A stretch of DNA of 64,000 nt, from positions 29,326,001 to 29,390,000 of the forward strand of contig NC_086374.1 of assembly GCF_036588685.1 (NCBI RefSeq). Direction: 5' to 3'. This document shows positions 51,401-63,400 of this stretch, in pieces (the first letter of the stretch is position 1; each line of letters begins with the position of its first letter). A program made the position numbers and the translations under genes. This DNA comes from Mytilus trossulus. Taxonomy: Eukaryota. The notes beneath the pieces are model-generated. The model was not told the DNA's origin, searched no databases, and was given only the letters and a program-made list of their open reading frames with translations.

Positions 51401-54400
51401 GGATTTATATAATATGAAATGCATATGTATTATAGTGATCCATTTTTTACTCTCCATTTTAAATTTAAGTCCACAAAATGAATGAATATTTTGTATTTGT
51501 AAAACAAATTATTACTGTTAAGTGTACAATGCAAGTATTAATTTTAATGAAATTTCAAGAAAATGAATTACATTAATATCAAATGTTTTTGATTTTAGTA
51601 AAAAAAAATCTACAATATCTCCTTTGAGCTTCAGGTTTATGTCTTAATAATTATGATTTCTTTTCATCTTTTCGTAGGAAAATGGATTATATTTGTGCAT
51701 ATGTGTCTATTTGAACTGTTTTAATATAATATAAAGGCATGAACTTTTTAATCAAGGAAACAATATTTTTTCTGCAGATACTCCTCCCGTTATAAGTGTC
51801 AGATTAGCTGGGGGTCCAACGAGCCAGGAAGGACGTGTGGAGATACAGTATAATGGTATCTGGGGTACAGTCTGTGATGATCATTTTGATAACTCAGCTG
51901 CTGCTGTTGTATGTCGAATGTTACATTTACCATTGTAAGTAGTCGAATGTTACATTTACCATTATAAGTAGTCAAATGTTACCTTTACCATTGGAATCAG
52001 TCTAATGTTACATTTATGTACGCAGTCAAATGTTACATTTACCATTGTAAGCAGTCAAATGTTACATTTACCATTGTAAGCAGTCAAATGTGACATTTAC
52101 CATTGTAAGCAGTCAAATGTTACATTTACCATTGTAAGCAGTCAAATGTTACATTTACCATTGTCAGTGGTCAAATGTTACATTTACCATTGAGGGGGGG
52201 CGAGAGGGGGTCTCATCCCGATTTCCCGGTTTTAATTTCAGAAAATCCCGAAATCCCGGACATATTTTGTTAAAAATCCCGATCTCGATAAATTTGTTTT
52301 CAAACTTTAAAATTTACAGTTTCAATGCTTACGATTTAAACGTCTCGGGTATGATTCAAAGTGACTAGTCTTTCATGTATCATCAGTATGACCGTGACGT
52401 AAATCTGCATATAAACATTTTTGTTCTCACAAATCTTCAGTAGCCAGTCAAAAAATTGGCCAAATTCCAGTTCAATTCAATACAAGAACCTATACGACTA
52501 GCACTGTAATCGTTTTGTAACGAAGAGAAATTTGAATCTATTGAGTCACCCTTCCAAAAACCAATGTACCAAGTTACAGACATAAACAGAACTACAAATG
52601 TCATTTGAGAGATTTGTAGTCGAAATACTGTTTTACATTATAAAATTTTAAAAAAATACTTGTTAGGATAAATGAGTATGCTCAGGGCTGTATTCAACTA
52701 CACAACTGATCACCAACAAGAAGCTGATCGACCGACCTTGGGATAATCAATAAAGATGAATAACAGGTCAATTTTTATAGTAGTGATTGGCAGGTATGAC
52801 TTAATGTGGAGGTTCTTGTGGGGACACAACTAAGAAAGGTAGAAAGTTACAATAAATTTTATGTAGAAACATGATCAAGCATGTTTTAAAAATTAAAAAT
52901 GAAGATCGTCTGTGACTTTAACAATTTTGTGAATTATTTGTTGGTCAATTAGAAATTTCAAAATGTACAGTGTTATAAATAATCGGCCAGTCTTGATGAA
53001 ATCCGTAAAGTCCTCCCAGATCGAGAAACTGTCCGATTGGTGATAGTCTCCAGATCTCGGGATGTGTGATAAAACGTATTCTGTGTTTGAAAGTCTACAC
53101 CACTTTGTTCATCATCTTTATCATTGTCATCGTCGCTTTCTGAGGAGTATTGATCTGAAATATTCGCATCACCGTCTTTGAAATTGATTTGAGTACACGA
53201 AGACGTTTTACTACGAGAAAACGTATTCTGTGTTTGCATGTCTATACCACTTTGTTCATCATCTTTATCATTGTCATCGTCGCTTTCTGAGGAGTATTGA
53301 TCTGAAATATTCGCATCATCGTCTTTGAAAGTAATTGAAGTGCCTGGAGTTGTTTTATTTGATTCATACATATTTAAGGGAAGCGTGCCACACTTGTATG
53401 CGGTGGTTTCAAGTCGAACAGTTCTTTGTCTAACACATTTTCCATGTGTGTTTGCCCATGTGTGTAAGAGACTTAGCTCAATTTTTGACGCAAATTGAGT
53501 TGTTGGTCGATCAAGTGACGGAATATTTTGAAGATGCATGATTGTGTCTGGAACAGGGTAATATGATGTTTCGTTTGTATAATAATGAGCTGCCCATTGT
53601 GTAATTCTTTTGACGCTTTCTCTAAAAATAATTCCGAAATCTCTACTGTACTGAAGTTTAGTTGGCAAACTCTGTTTGACGTGGCTCAATGCGTGCAAGT
53701 TCTCTACAACAGTGGTTAAACATGATGACATGTCTGCCAGGTATAAAGGATTACTGGATAATACCTGACAGAATCTAATGAGTTGATCTTCCATCATTAC
53801 CAACGAGTCCATGGTTTGTTTTGAGATGGTTCCCTCTGAACCATTTGTGTGTTTCTCAATATTTCCAATTCTCTTGACATTTGCTACGAGTTGTAAAAAG
53901 TATTGAACTGATTGCTGTACCATCTGTAGCGATTCATTGGGGTTGTAATGATGAACACTTGCCCCTTTCTCGTGTATAGAGAATGCTGCATATATTTTTT
54001 GCAAATGAAACAGGAAACGTTCGGTTTCACTAACTGTTGTGACTAATTTTATTTCGCCATATTTTGCGTCTGTAACATAAATATTTGTTCCGAATTCAAC
54101 TGCGATTCCCATGATTTGGCCAAATGAGGAGAGTTCAGCAGATCCAGTTGAACAACCATCTAATCCAGAGCCTGCTATTACGGACATAACACCATCACGA
54201 CTGAAACATTTCAGCTTTCTTTCTCCAATATCCCCAAATACCAGTCCATTTTTATAAATTGACACTGAACTTATTTCTGAGCAAATGTTGGATTGATTTT
54301 CAAAGATGTGAATTATACTCAAACTCTCTAAATTAATCGAGATAAGTCCTCCGCTCTCAGCTGATCTGCCTTTCCAGGAAATATAAAGTAAGCCATGACT

Positions 54401-57400
54401 GTAGCACATACATAAAACTGAGTGGACACCAACTGGATAGTCAAGCTTTTTGGTTGTTTGACAAACTAACCCAACTCCATCTTTGGATATTGCCATTTCA
54501 TACAATGACTTGAAGACATCACTGCTGCATAGCATCAAATCATCACCTGCAGTCGCTAGAACAGAGGGCCTTACTATATCACTGCCATTTAGGACATCTT
54601 TTGATGGTCTAGTTAGCTTGGTGTTGTTGATGTGTTGTTGTATACGCTCACGTATTGTATTGGCGGTACCATCCAAATTTAAGCCAAATTCCCTAGCCAG
54701 AGTTGTTAAACTAACTTTTGATCGATGCGATTTAAGTTGAATACCGATATCTTTACCAATTCCAAACACCAAGACATTCAGATCACGTTGACAGACGTAG
54801 CAAATACCAGATTCCAAAACGACACTCCTACAATCTTTGAGATCATTTTTGATAATCTTAACCTGCACTGGATTATGTAATCGAGCTTTGACGAGTTTTG
54901 TTGTTTTTGTCATTGGATCGTAGTTCAGGAAAACAAAATTACCAAGCCCGTCACAGTCGACAGCAATCGGATGCGGATACATACCGGGTTTATTGTCCTC
55001 CGTTGGGCGAAATCGATCAGGAATAAGGTTATGTACCACCATCCCAACTTCTTTCAATACATTTAGCAACTCATTGCTACTGAGTTTAATAACAGAAGCA
55101 ACATCCATGCGGTCCTTATTTCTCACGCAGTCGACAGTAAGAAGTTTGCGCATTTTTTTCTTTACATCAGGATTACAGTCATTGCGAAGAGTGTGTATAA
55201 TAGACAAATTCGCCCTCTCGTTTCCGAGTAGTAGGTACCAGTTTGCAAAACTGCACTTGACAGATTTGCCAACATGAACACAATCTGGTAAAACAGACAG
55301 TTCTGAAATACTTGGACTTGCTGTTCCCTCTTTAATTTCCTGTTGTATCGACTGGAGTGCAGCTTTATTTCCGGATTCACAATCAGTTGTTATAATGAAA
55401 ACAGAACATTTCGTGCATAACTTTCCACTTTCAACACACTTTGTGCAAGCCCTGAGTGAGGGCTGAATGCTTATTTGACCGTCTTTATGACACTGTTCAC
55501 ATACCGCACCATTTTGTATGCATCTCTGACAAACAGATATGCAACAACCAAACTCTTTGATTACACCGTCTTGTGTCTGTAGACCTTTGAGGCAGTTAAA
55601 GCAAATTTGACATTTCATAATACTATTCAAAAACAGTTCCTTCATGAAGATACCGGTCTTACCGGATTTTGACAGGTAATACACCGCAATTGGCATGCTT
55701 AATTTGTTACAAATAGATATCAAATAAAACACTACTGCTTCAGTAACTATTTTAGATTTGAGCTCATCTGGACTAGGATTTGGATTGTTTTTGACGTAAG
55801 CAATATCATAATCATCCACACAGCCGACAACTTTCTTCGTGCGTTCATCAACTTCAAAAGCAGCTTTAAGAGCCGTGCCATCAATAGCCATAGAGACAGG
55901 GTATACCTTAATAGTTTTATTTTCGATGAATGGCTGTATTCCGTCAGTTTTCTGGAGAAGTAATGAAAATGTAAGCAAAAGAGAACCGATGACACCGCTG
56001 CTTGTAGTGTACCCAGCCTTCGCAGACTGTCTTGCTGATCGGTGGGGTCCTCCTAAATTCATTCGATGTTTTGTGATGTCATTTGGAGTTCCAGATCCCT
56101 GGCCATGATACATAGGACCGCGTAAAAAATTTGCTGTTTTGCGACCACCCAGATATTCTATTGAATTATGAAATTCTAAAACGTCTATATCATATGGATG
56201 TCTTGGCTCAAAAAACCTATGTACTACATCATAGTTGTGCTTGTAGAATATAGAATTTCTTGAAATAGTTCCATTACTTATAAGTTCATTTAATTCAATA
56301 CAAAGTGGGTCTGCTTGTGTGATGTTTATTGGACAAAACTGTGTTTCGGAGTCATTGTCGGAGCTTTCACAGTCATCAGATAAATTAAGATCAGAATCTA
56401 GGCTTTCTAAATCGTGAACTTGTTCACAGTCAGATGCTTGTATTGTACTGTTTGTATTTTCATCATCAACAAATGTCAAAGCATTGGACACGTCTATGTC
56501 AGGGTCTCTACTTATATCATCTGTGATCAGGTTAATCCTGAAACAGGAAAAACATCACTTAACCTCAGTTTAAACAAGCTCTTATATGTATATGGTTCAT
56601 CAAAACTATAATACTTTAGTTTAAATTCCGTACAGATGACAGTGTTTGTAAGAATACTTTGTCAGTTATTTTTTATGTTTGTTAAATTGTGTAAGGATGC
56701 AGTATTGATCGACATTTATCAATGAGTTCTACACAGACCTGTGCTAGGGATCTTCGTGGACTGTCTATGAGGTATGAGAATATGCTCATTGTTGAAGGCC
56801 TCGTGGTGACTTCGAAATGAAGCGTTGTTCCATTGCTTTGTTTATCACGTGTTAATCAGAATTTCTTGTTATGTGTACATTTCACTCCTAAACCTTTCAT
56901 TTGTTAAAGACAAACCATTATGAAGTACTAAAGACGTGATAAAATAAATAAACGGGTGTTAATTATAATTTATTAATCATAGAATAATTCAACAAAATTA
57001 CAAAGTCATGTAATTGATAAAGTCATAAATGTGAATTTAGATTTTACCCGTCAGAAGGTGTAACAATCAAATCTGTATCGATATCGGAGTCATCGGACAT
57101 TGCATTTGCTGTTGTTTCATCTTGTTTGCTTGGCCGTGTCAACCATGAGGCAATGGCACTTTTCATTTGATTGTTTTCTTTCTCACAAATACTTTTACAG
57201 TTGCTTTTCCCGGTACAGGCATCAAAGTGTTCTGAAAATTAAATATGATAGTTTAGATATTTTCTTATGTTATATGAACACAGCTTGTATAATGATTGCT
57301 AATGTTCAGTAAAATGCTATACGAACGGTTTTACTTTTTATACATGCTATATGCATAGCTTTAAAATGTACTCAAATTTAAATTATCTTTTAGTTTTCCT

Positions 57401-60400
57401 CTACCACCTTTTGAGTGAGTAGAGACATCAAAGGGGAAGCTCAAACTCAAACTTTGAACATAAACAACTCTGATCTGAAAATAATTGATGTGCTTATATA
57501 TTCCAAGAGCAATACATGTTTCAGACCTATTAAATTGAATGTTTAAGATTAGCTCATGCGTTAACTGTCCGGGTATGGCTGAATTCAAAACCTATCGATG
57601 TTATATGTAATTGCTTTAAATACATACTGAAATTCTTTTTTTTTGGTTAATTTTGTATTCATAATGATTGCAAGTCTGTCACTGACTGAATGTTAACCTT
57701 TTTAGTACTTACTTCGTCTAAAATATGAAACTTTGGACGCAATACTCCTGTCAGCCTCTACTTTGTATTTCTTTTGGCAAATCCCACATTCAACTGTTAT
57801 TTCGTTTACTGCAACACTGTTTCCGCATTCTTTGATCACTAAGATAACACAGAAAAGAAACTTCAGATTCATCAACAAATCGATGCCACATGGTGTCATA
57901 AAGTTAAGATGTCCTGTGGAACATGGACAATAGTGTTGGTCAAGAATCTGACAGTTACTTTCTATGGTTTGGTGTGTTTGAGCTTTTTAAATTCATTTTT
58001 TCCCCTTTGATTATCATGGAGTATTTATTAAGAATTTCCGTTAAAGTCATTGTTATTTTACTTTTTTCAATCTATATAGATAATAAAGGTTAATAATGTG
58101 CACACGTTTCTGAAGGTAACAAAATATACTGCCCCGTTTTTGTAATTCTGCCATGTTGTTTGTTGATGTGTTACATATTTGCTTCTCGTTCATTTATTTG
58201 TACATAATTCATTAGGCCATTAGTTTTCTCGTTTGAAATGTTTTTCAGTGATGGATCCCGTTGACTGCCTAAGAAGGGGCCACTCTGTTCATGCTTCAGT
58301 GATTTCCTATACAAGCAGACAAATTTTTCCCCAGAAAAGGGGGGAGAGCCGAGGTCCCCTGCCCCTCCTAAATCCGCCTGTTTTACATTGGTCATATCGG
58401 GGTGTTTAATAGCTGACTATGCGGTATATGGACTTTGCTCATTATTGAAGGCCGTACAGTGACATATAGTTCTTAATTTCTGTGTCATTTGGTCTCTTGT
58501 GAAAAGTCAATTGGAAATATAACCATATCTTTTTTATAATCACAATACTGTACGATGTCCTTTTGCCCTCTTTCCTGAATCATTTTTAAGACAGTTGTCT
58601 GATTGTCAATTAAACCTAACTAAACCGTTGTATTTGTCGATTTACTCACATTGTCTAAAATCTTCTAACTCTGATGTTTGTTTATCCGTCCGTTCAGTGA
58701 TAGTTTCTCCCATTTTGATTTTTTTCAGCAAACTTTTGTTGTCTTGGACCTCAGTTTTTCGCTTTCGGCATCTTTGTTCAGAAGTAGTCGTTTCATCGTT
58801 ATTTACAATAATTTGGATGATTGGCGTTTTCTTCTTAAATACCACAATCTGTGGCGTAACACTCACTGAAAAAACAAGAATTCACCATTTATTTAATAAA
58901 AAGGTCCATGACTATTTAAGGTAACAAACAGACACATCTGACACAACTTTTAAAGGAGGCCGTCCTGGTTAAAACTTTACAAATTAAACCCTCTGAGTAA
59001 TGTTGTACTTCATAAGTTGCTTTCAACTTGTGCATGTTTGCTAATATATTTTATGATATTTTATAGTACGTACATTTTAAACACGTCAAGTTGGGGTATT
59101 TAATTTCTTCAAAATTGAAGAATGCCAGAAAGCAAAAACAGTTTTTTTTTCAAACGATTTTGACTGGTTCATATGAGAGAAAAAATCTGACTTTACAAGT
59201 GCTTCTCCACATAACAACTAAAACCCTTTTAAGGGTAGAGTTAGACTATAGGTAATAGTACTTAAAATTAAGGAAGATATATATATAGGGGTACCGGAAA
59301 CACATGAGTTTTCTTTTAGGTCTTACATGATTGAACTCTTATTGGAAATATCCAAATCAAGTCCAACTAAAAGGGTCGTAAAGAGGCGTTTTGTGCGCGG
59401 ACAAACGCGAAATAAAATTACCATTTCACGATGAACGAAACATTAGAAAAAAGCTTGAACGTTGCCGTTTTTATCAATTTCACAGTGAAGCACGAACTTT
59501 TTTAACGGAAGGTTGTAAATTAAAAATGGCAACACGTTTCACGAATAAAAACCTTTACCACCATGCCAAGAAATCAAAGCCAAAAATTCCGGTAGACCCC
59601 TACCGCAGCCGCACTCATTAGTAGTTAAAGATTTCATTTTATTCAACAAAGGAGTAGGTCCGGTAAGGACCGATTTTGGCCTCTAATTTCAGTTTCATTT
59701 GACAAAAGATTTTGAACACTTCTTAAACACTTAAGTGTCTTTTTCGTTTGATTCAATTATTTTTTGTGAAAGATTTAAACTCATTTAGTCATTAAAAACG
59801 ATCCGATTCAAGCTTAAAAATGAAAAATTTAACAAATATGCGAAAAAAAGCCACTTTTCAGATGGTTTTTGTCAAAAAAAGAAAGTGGCCGCATCCGTGT
59901 TCATCCTCAATCTTTACATATGTTATGCATTATCATCAAATACAACATCCATTTCAATATTTTGGATGAACACGAATGCGGCCACTTTCGTTTTACACGG
60001 AAACCGTCTAAAATTTTACTAAAAAGCTGGAATTATGAAGATTTCAGTAATTTAGTATGACTTAATTGTGCTAGTACTCAATATATGTGCATTGTGTTTA
60101 TATACATATTTATGTAGCAGATCCATTCTACTATCCAATAAATAACTAGAGTTTACATTTTAACAATTTTGTAAAACTGCTATATTTTGAGGCCAAAAAA
60201 GGTTCTTACCGGACCTACTCCTTTATTTATGACCTTTATTTACGTGTCACGGTTTTATACCAAATGGTCAATATTAATCATCAAAATAATTTACTCTATG
60301 GGATATTTGAAGAATTTCAACGGAGGCAATTATCTTGGCATGGGCTAAAGTTTTATATTTAGTTGGGAAAGTTTTTATTTTATTTCAGGTCCCGCGCGCA

Positions 60401-63400
60401 ACTCTCGCGCCAGATTGAGAAGAAACCACGTGACGCGGGTTTACAATAGCGACAACTTCGAAAATTTCTTTCTTTTTAGGTGGGAACGTTGAAGAGGCAA
60501 CACTGACGTATAACGACGGAATGCACACAATGTATTTATTTCTTTTGTCATTGTATGAAATTGACGTTTCGATCACAGTTCACGAGCAGTGCATGCTTTT
60601 GATTTAGTTGATCTGGTGTAACTTTAAAACACGTTTATCGATTATTTTCTTACAATGTATATTTTTCAGCAGCAGCTAGAGACATAGATTTGTATTTTGA
60701 TTTAGGAACAGACATTTTAATGTAGGATTTTACTGAGATTTACGGACTTTGCAAGCAATTTTTACGACATTGAAATTTCTTTTCTCTGCCAAAATTCTTG
60801 GGAGTAAGCTGCACACCGTTGTGATAATAAGACGCAATACATGTATACCCTGGTGACTGTAAAGTTTTGGGTCGATTGGTCATGTGTTTTTCAGTTGGCA
60901 CTGGACACAAGAATGTTGTCAATATTTTTCGAGAAAACAACATTAAGGATAACAATAGAGTTGTCATTCTTCTACGTGGACAGGATAGCAAGCGCAAGAT
61001 TCAAGAGTTGTAAGTAAAGGGTAACTTCGCGAAAAGAAGGGAGGGGGGCATTTTTTTCTCTCTCATGAAAATGGTACATACGAATGGCTAAACACGCCTT
61101 TTAACAATATAAACCAATTGCTTTAAACTTTCTTTCTGTAAAGGGTCCATATTATTGTGTTACCCGGGCTAAAGTTTTATTTTTAGTTGGGAAAGTTTTT
61201 ATTTTATTTCAGGTCCCGCGCGCAACTCTTGCGCCAGATTGAGAAGACACCACGTGACGCGAGTAGCGACAACTTCGAATATTTCTTTCTTTTTAGGTGG
61301 GGACGTTGAAGAGACAACACGTATAACGACGGAATACACACAATGTATTTATTTCTTTTGTCATTGTAGATCCTTGTAGGAAATTGACGTTTCGATCACA
61401 GTTCACAAACAGTGCATGCTTTTGATTTAATTGATCCGGTGTCACTTTATAACACGTTTATCGATTATTTTTATTATTTGTATTTTGTTTAAGAACAAAC
61501 ATTTTATTGTAGGATTTTACTGAAATTTACGGACTTAGCAAGCGATTTTTACGGCATTGAAATTTCCTTTCTCTACCAAATTTCTTGGGAGTTAGCAGCA
61601 CACCGTTGTGATAATAAGACGCAATACATGTATACCCTGGTGACTGTAAAGTTTTGGGTTGATTGGACATGTATTTTTCAGTTGGCACTGGACAATAAAA
61701 AAAAATGTTGATCGTTGTTTCTTCCGTATGAAATCAGATCCTTGTCCGGAAACACATTTGACCGAAGTAACACTTTTTATTTCGCCTGATAAGAAACTGG
61801 ATGCACACGTTTAGGAAAAAAGGGGGTGGGTTAAGGTTTTGTATATACAACTTTATAAAAAGTCAAACGATATTTTCAAGTTGATCGCATGAATACTTAT
61901 TTGTAAGAAATAGGATCAAATATGTTTGCTCTTTGTTTTATATGTACTATAACAGAAAGAGTTTTATATGTACTATAACAGAAAGAGTTTTATATGTACT
62001 ATAACAGAGAGAGTTTTATATGTACTATAACGGAAAGAGTTTTATATGTACTATAACAGAAAGGGTTTTATATGTACTATAACAGAAATAGTTTTATATG
62101 TACTATAACAGAAAGAGTTTTATATGTACTATAACGGAAAGAGTTTTATATGTACTATAACAGAAAAAGATAAGTTACTACATGATTGTACCTATCAAAG
62201 TTGATCTCTCAGATTGAAGGAACGTATTTTCGTGGTCCCATTGTTGTTGTGTATTGATGGAAAAGTTTTCCACTTTTCCTTTGTCATCCTTGTATTGCCT
62301 TCCTAACTTTGTATAAACATTTCTCCCCATCCCTTTTTCACAAGCCGATTCATTGATTCCACAATAATTGACTACATATTTTTTAAATTTGTTTAACTCC
62401 GTGAAGCTTTCGCTGTCCAGCACAATGTTTGTTTTTTCTTTAAGAAAAGGCAAAGAATTTTCATCTTTGTGAAATAACAAAAGGGTTCTAATTGAAATAG
62501 TTTTAGAATCTTCTGTCATGATGACTTTCAAAAAACCATCGTCTGCTACCGGAAGTTTATATATGTAATTAAATCAAAATCGCTTAACGGTATAATTGTG
62601 GAGCTGATCCGAGCTTAGTCAACTTACTGTTACACGATCTTACATGTACTCTGATCTGGATCTACTCTGTTTCTGGATGCAATTCTGATTGACTTATAAT
62701 GAAAATGGCACTTTTATCTGTCTGATGTACAGTTTTATGTCAATCCCGTTATAATTCAACATAAAAATCCCGATTTCCCGTGGCTAAAAATGTGATATTC
62801 CCGTATCTCGATGTTTTTCTATCCCGAATTCCCGATCTTTAAACAAGGCAATCCCGAATTCCCGTTGCTAAAATCGGCCGATCCCGGCGTCCCGAAAATG
62901 GTCTCGCCCCCCCTCACCATTGTAAGCAGTCAAATGTTACATTTACCATTGTCAGTAGTCAAATGTTACATTTACATTTACATGTTACATTTACATTTAC
63001 ATTTACATGTTACATTTACATTTACATTTACATTTACATGTTACATATTTACATTTTACATTTACATGTTACATTTACCATTGTAAGCAGTAAAATGTTA
63101 CATTTACCATTGTAAGCAGTCAAATGTTACATTTACCATTGTCAGTAGTCAAATGTAACATTTACCATTGTCAGTAGTCAAATGTTACATTTACCATTGT
63201 CAGTAGTCAAATGTTACATTTACCATTGTCAGTAGTCAAATGTTTCATTTTCCATTGTAAGCAGTCAAATGTTACATTTACCATTGTCAGTAGTCAAATG
63301 TTTTAATTTAGAACAAAATTGATGACTAATTTATGTTTCACGGAGAACAGAACACTATAAAATATTTAAATGGCTTTGAATAACATTACATAATTAATTA

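Larger units (their letters stand above)
52192..62915 (-). mobile_element. 10,724-bp putatively autonomous DNA transposon
   Basis: Perfect 14-bp TIR GAGGGGGGGCGAGA / TCTCGCCCCCCCTC and TSD ACCATT (52186-52191, 62916-62921); it splits the minisatellite; TCCCG subterminal repeats; encodes a transposase-like gene. Confidence 0.92.

Noticed and set aside
52973-56491. Large ORF as a Polinton, viral, RAG1 or Zisupton gene
   Set aside because: No polB, integrase or capsid ORFs, no CAC/RSS-like termini, no SWIM/KDZ motifs or 8-bp TSD; motif order fits a P-like DDE better
54483-56611. Short antisense or alternative-frame ORFs overlapping the transposase
   Set aside because: Shadow ORFs of the long coding exon
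60342-61694. Direct repeats as LTRs of a retroelement
   Set aside because: No TG..CA ends, PBS/PPT or TSD recognised; spacer only ~260 bp
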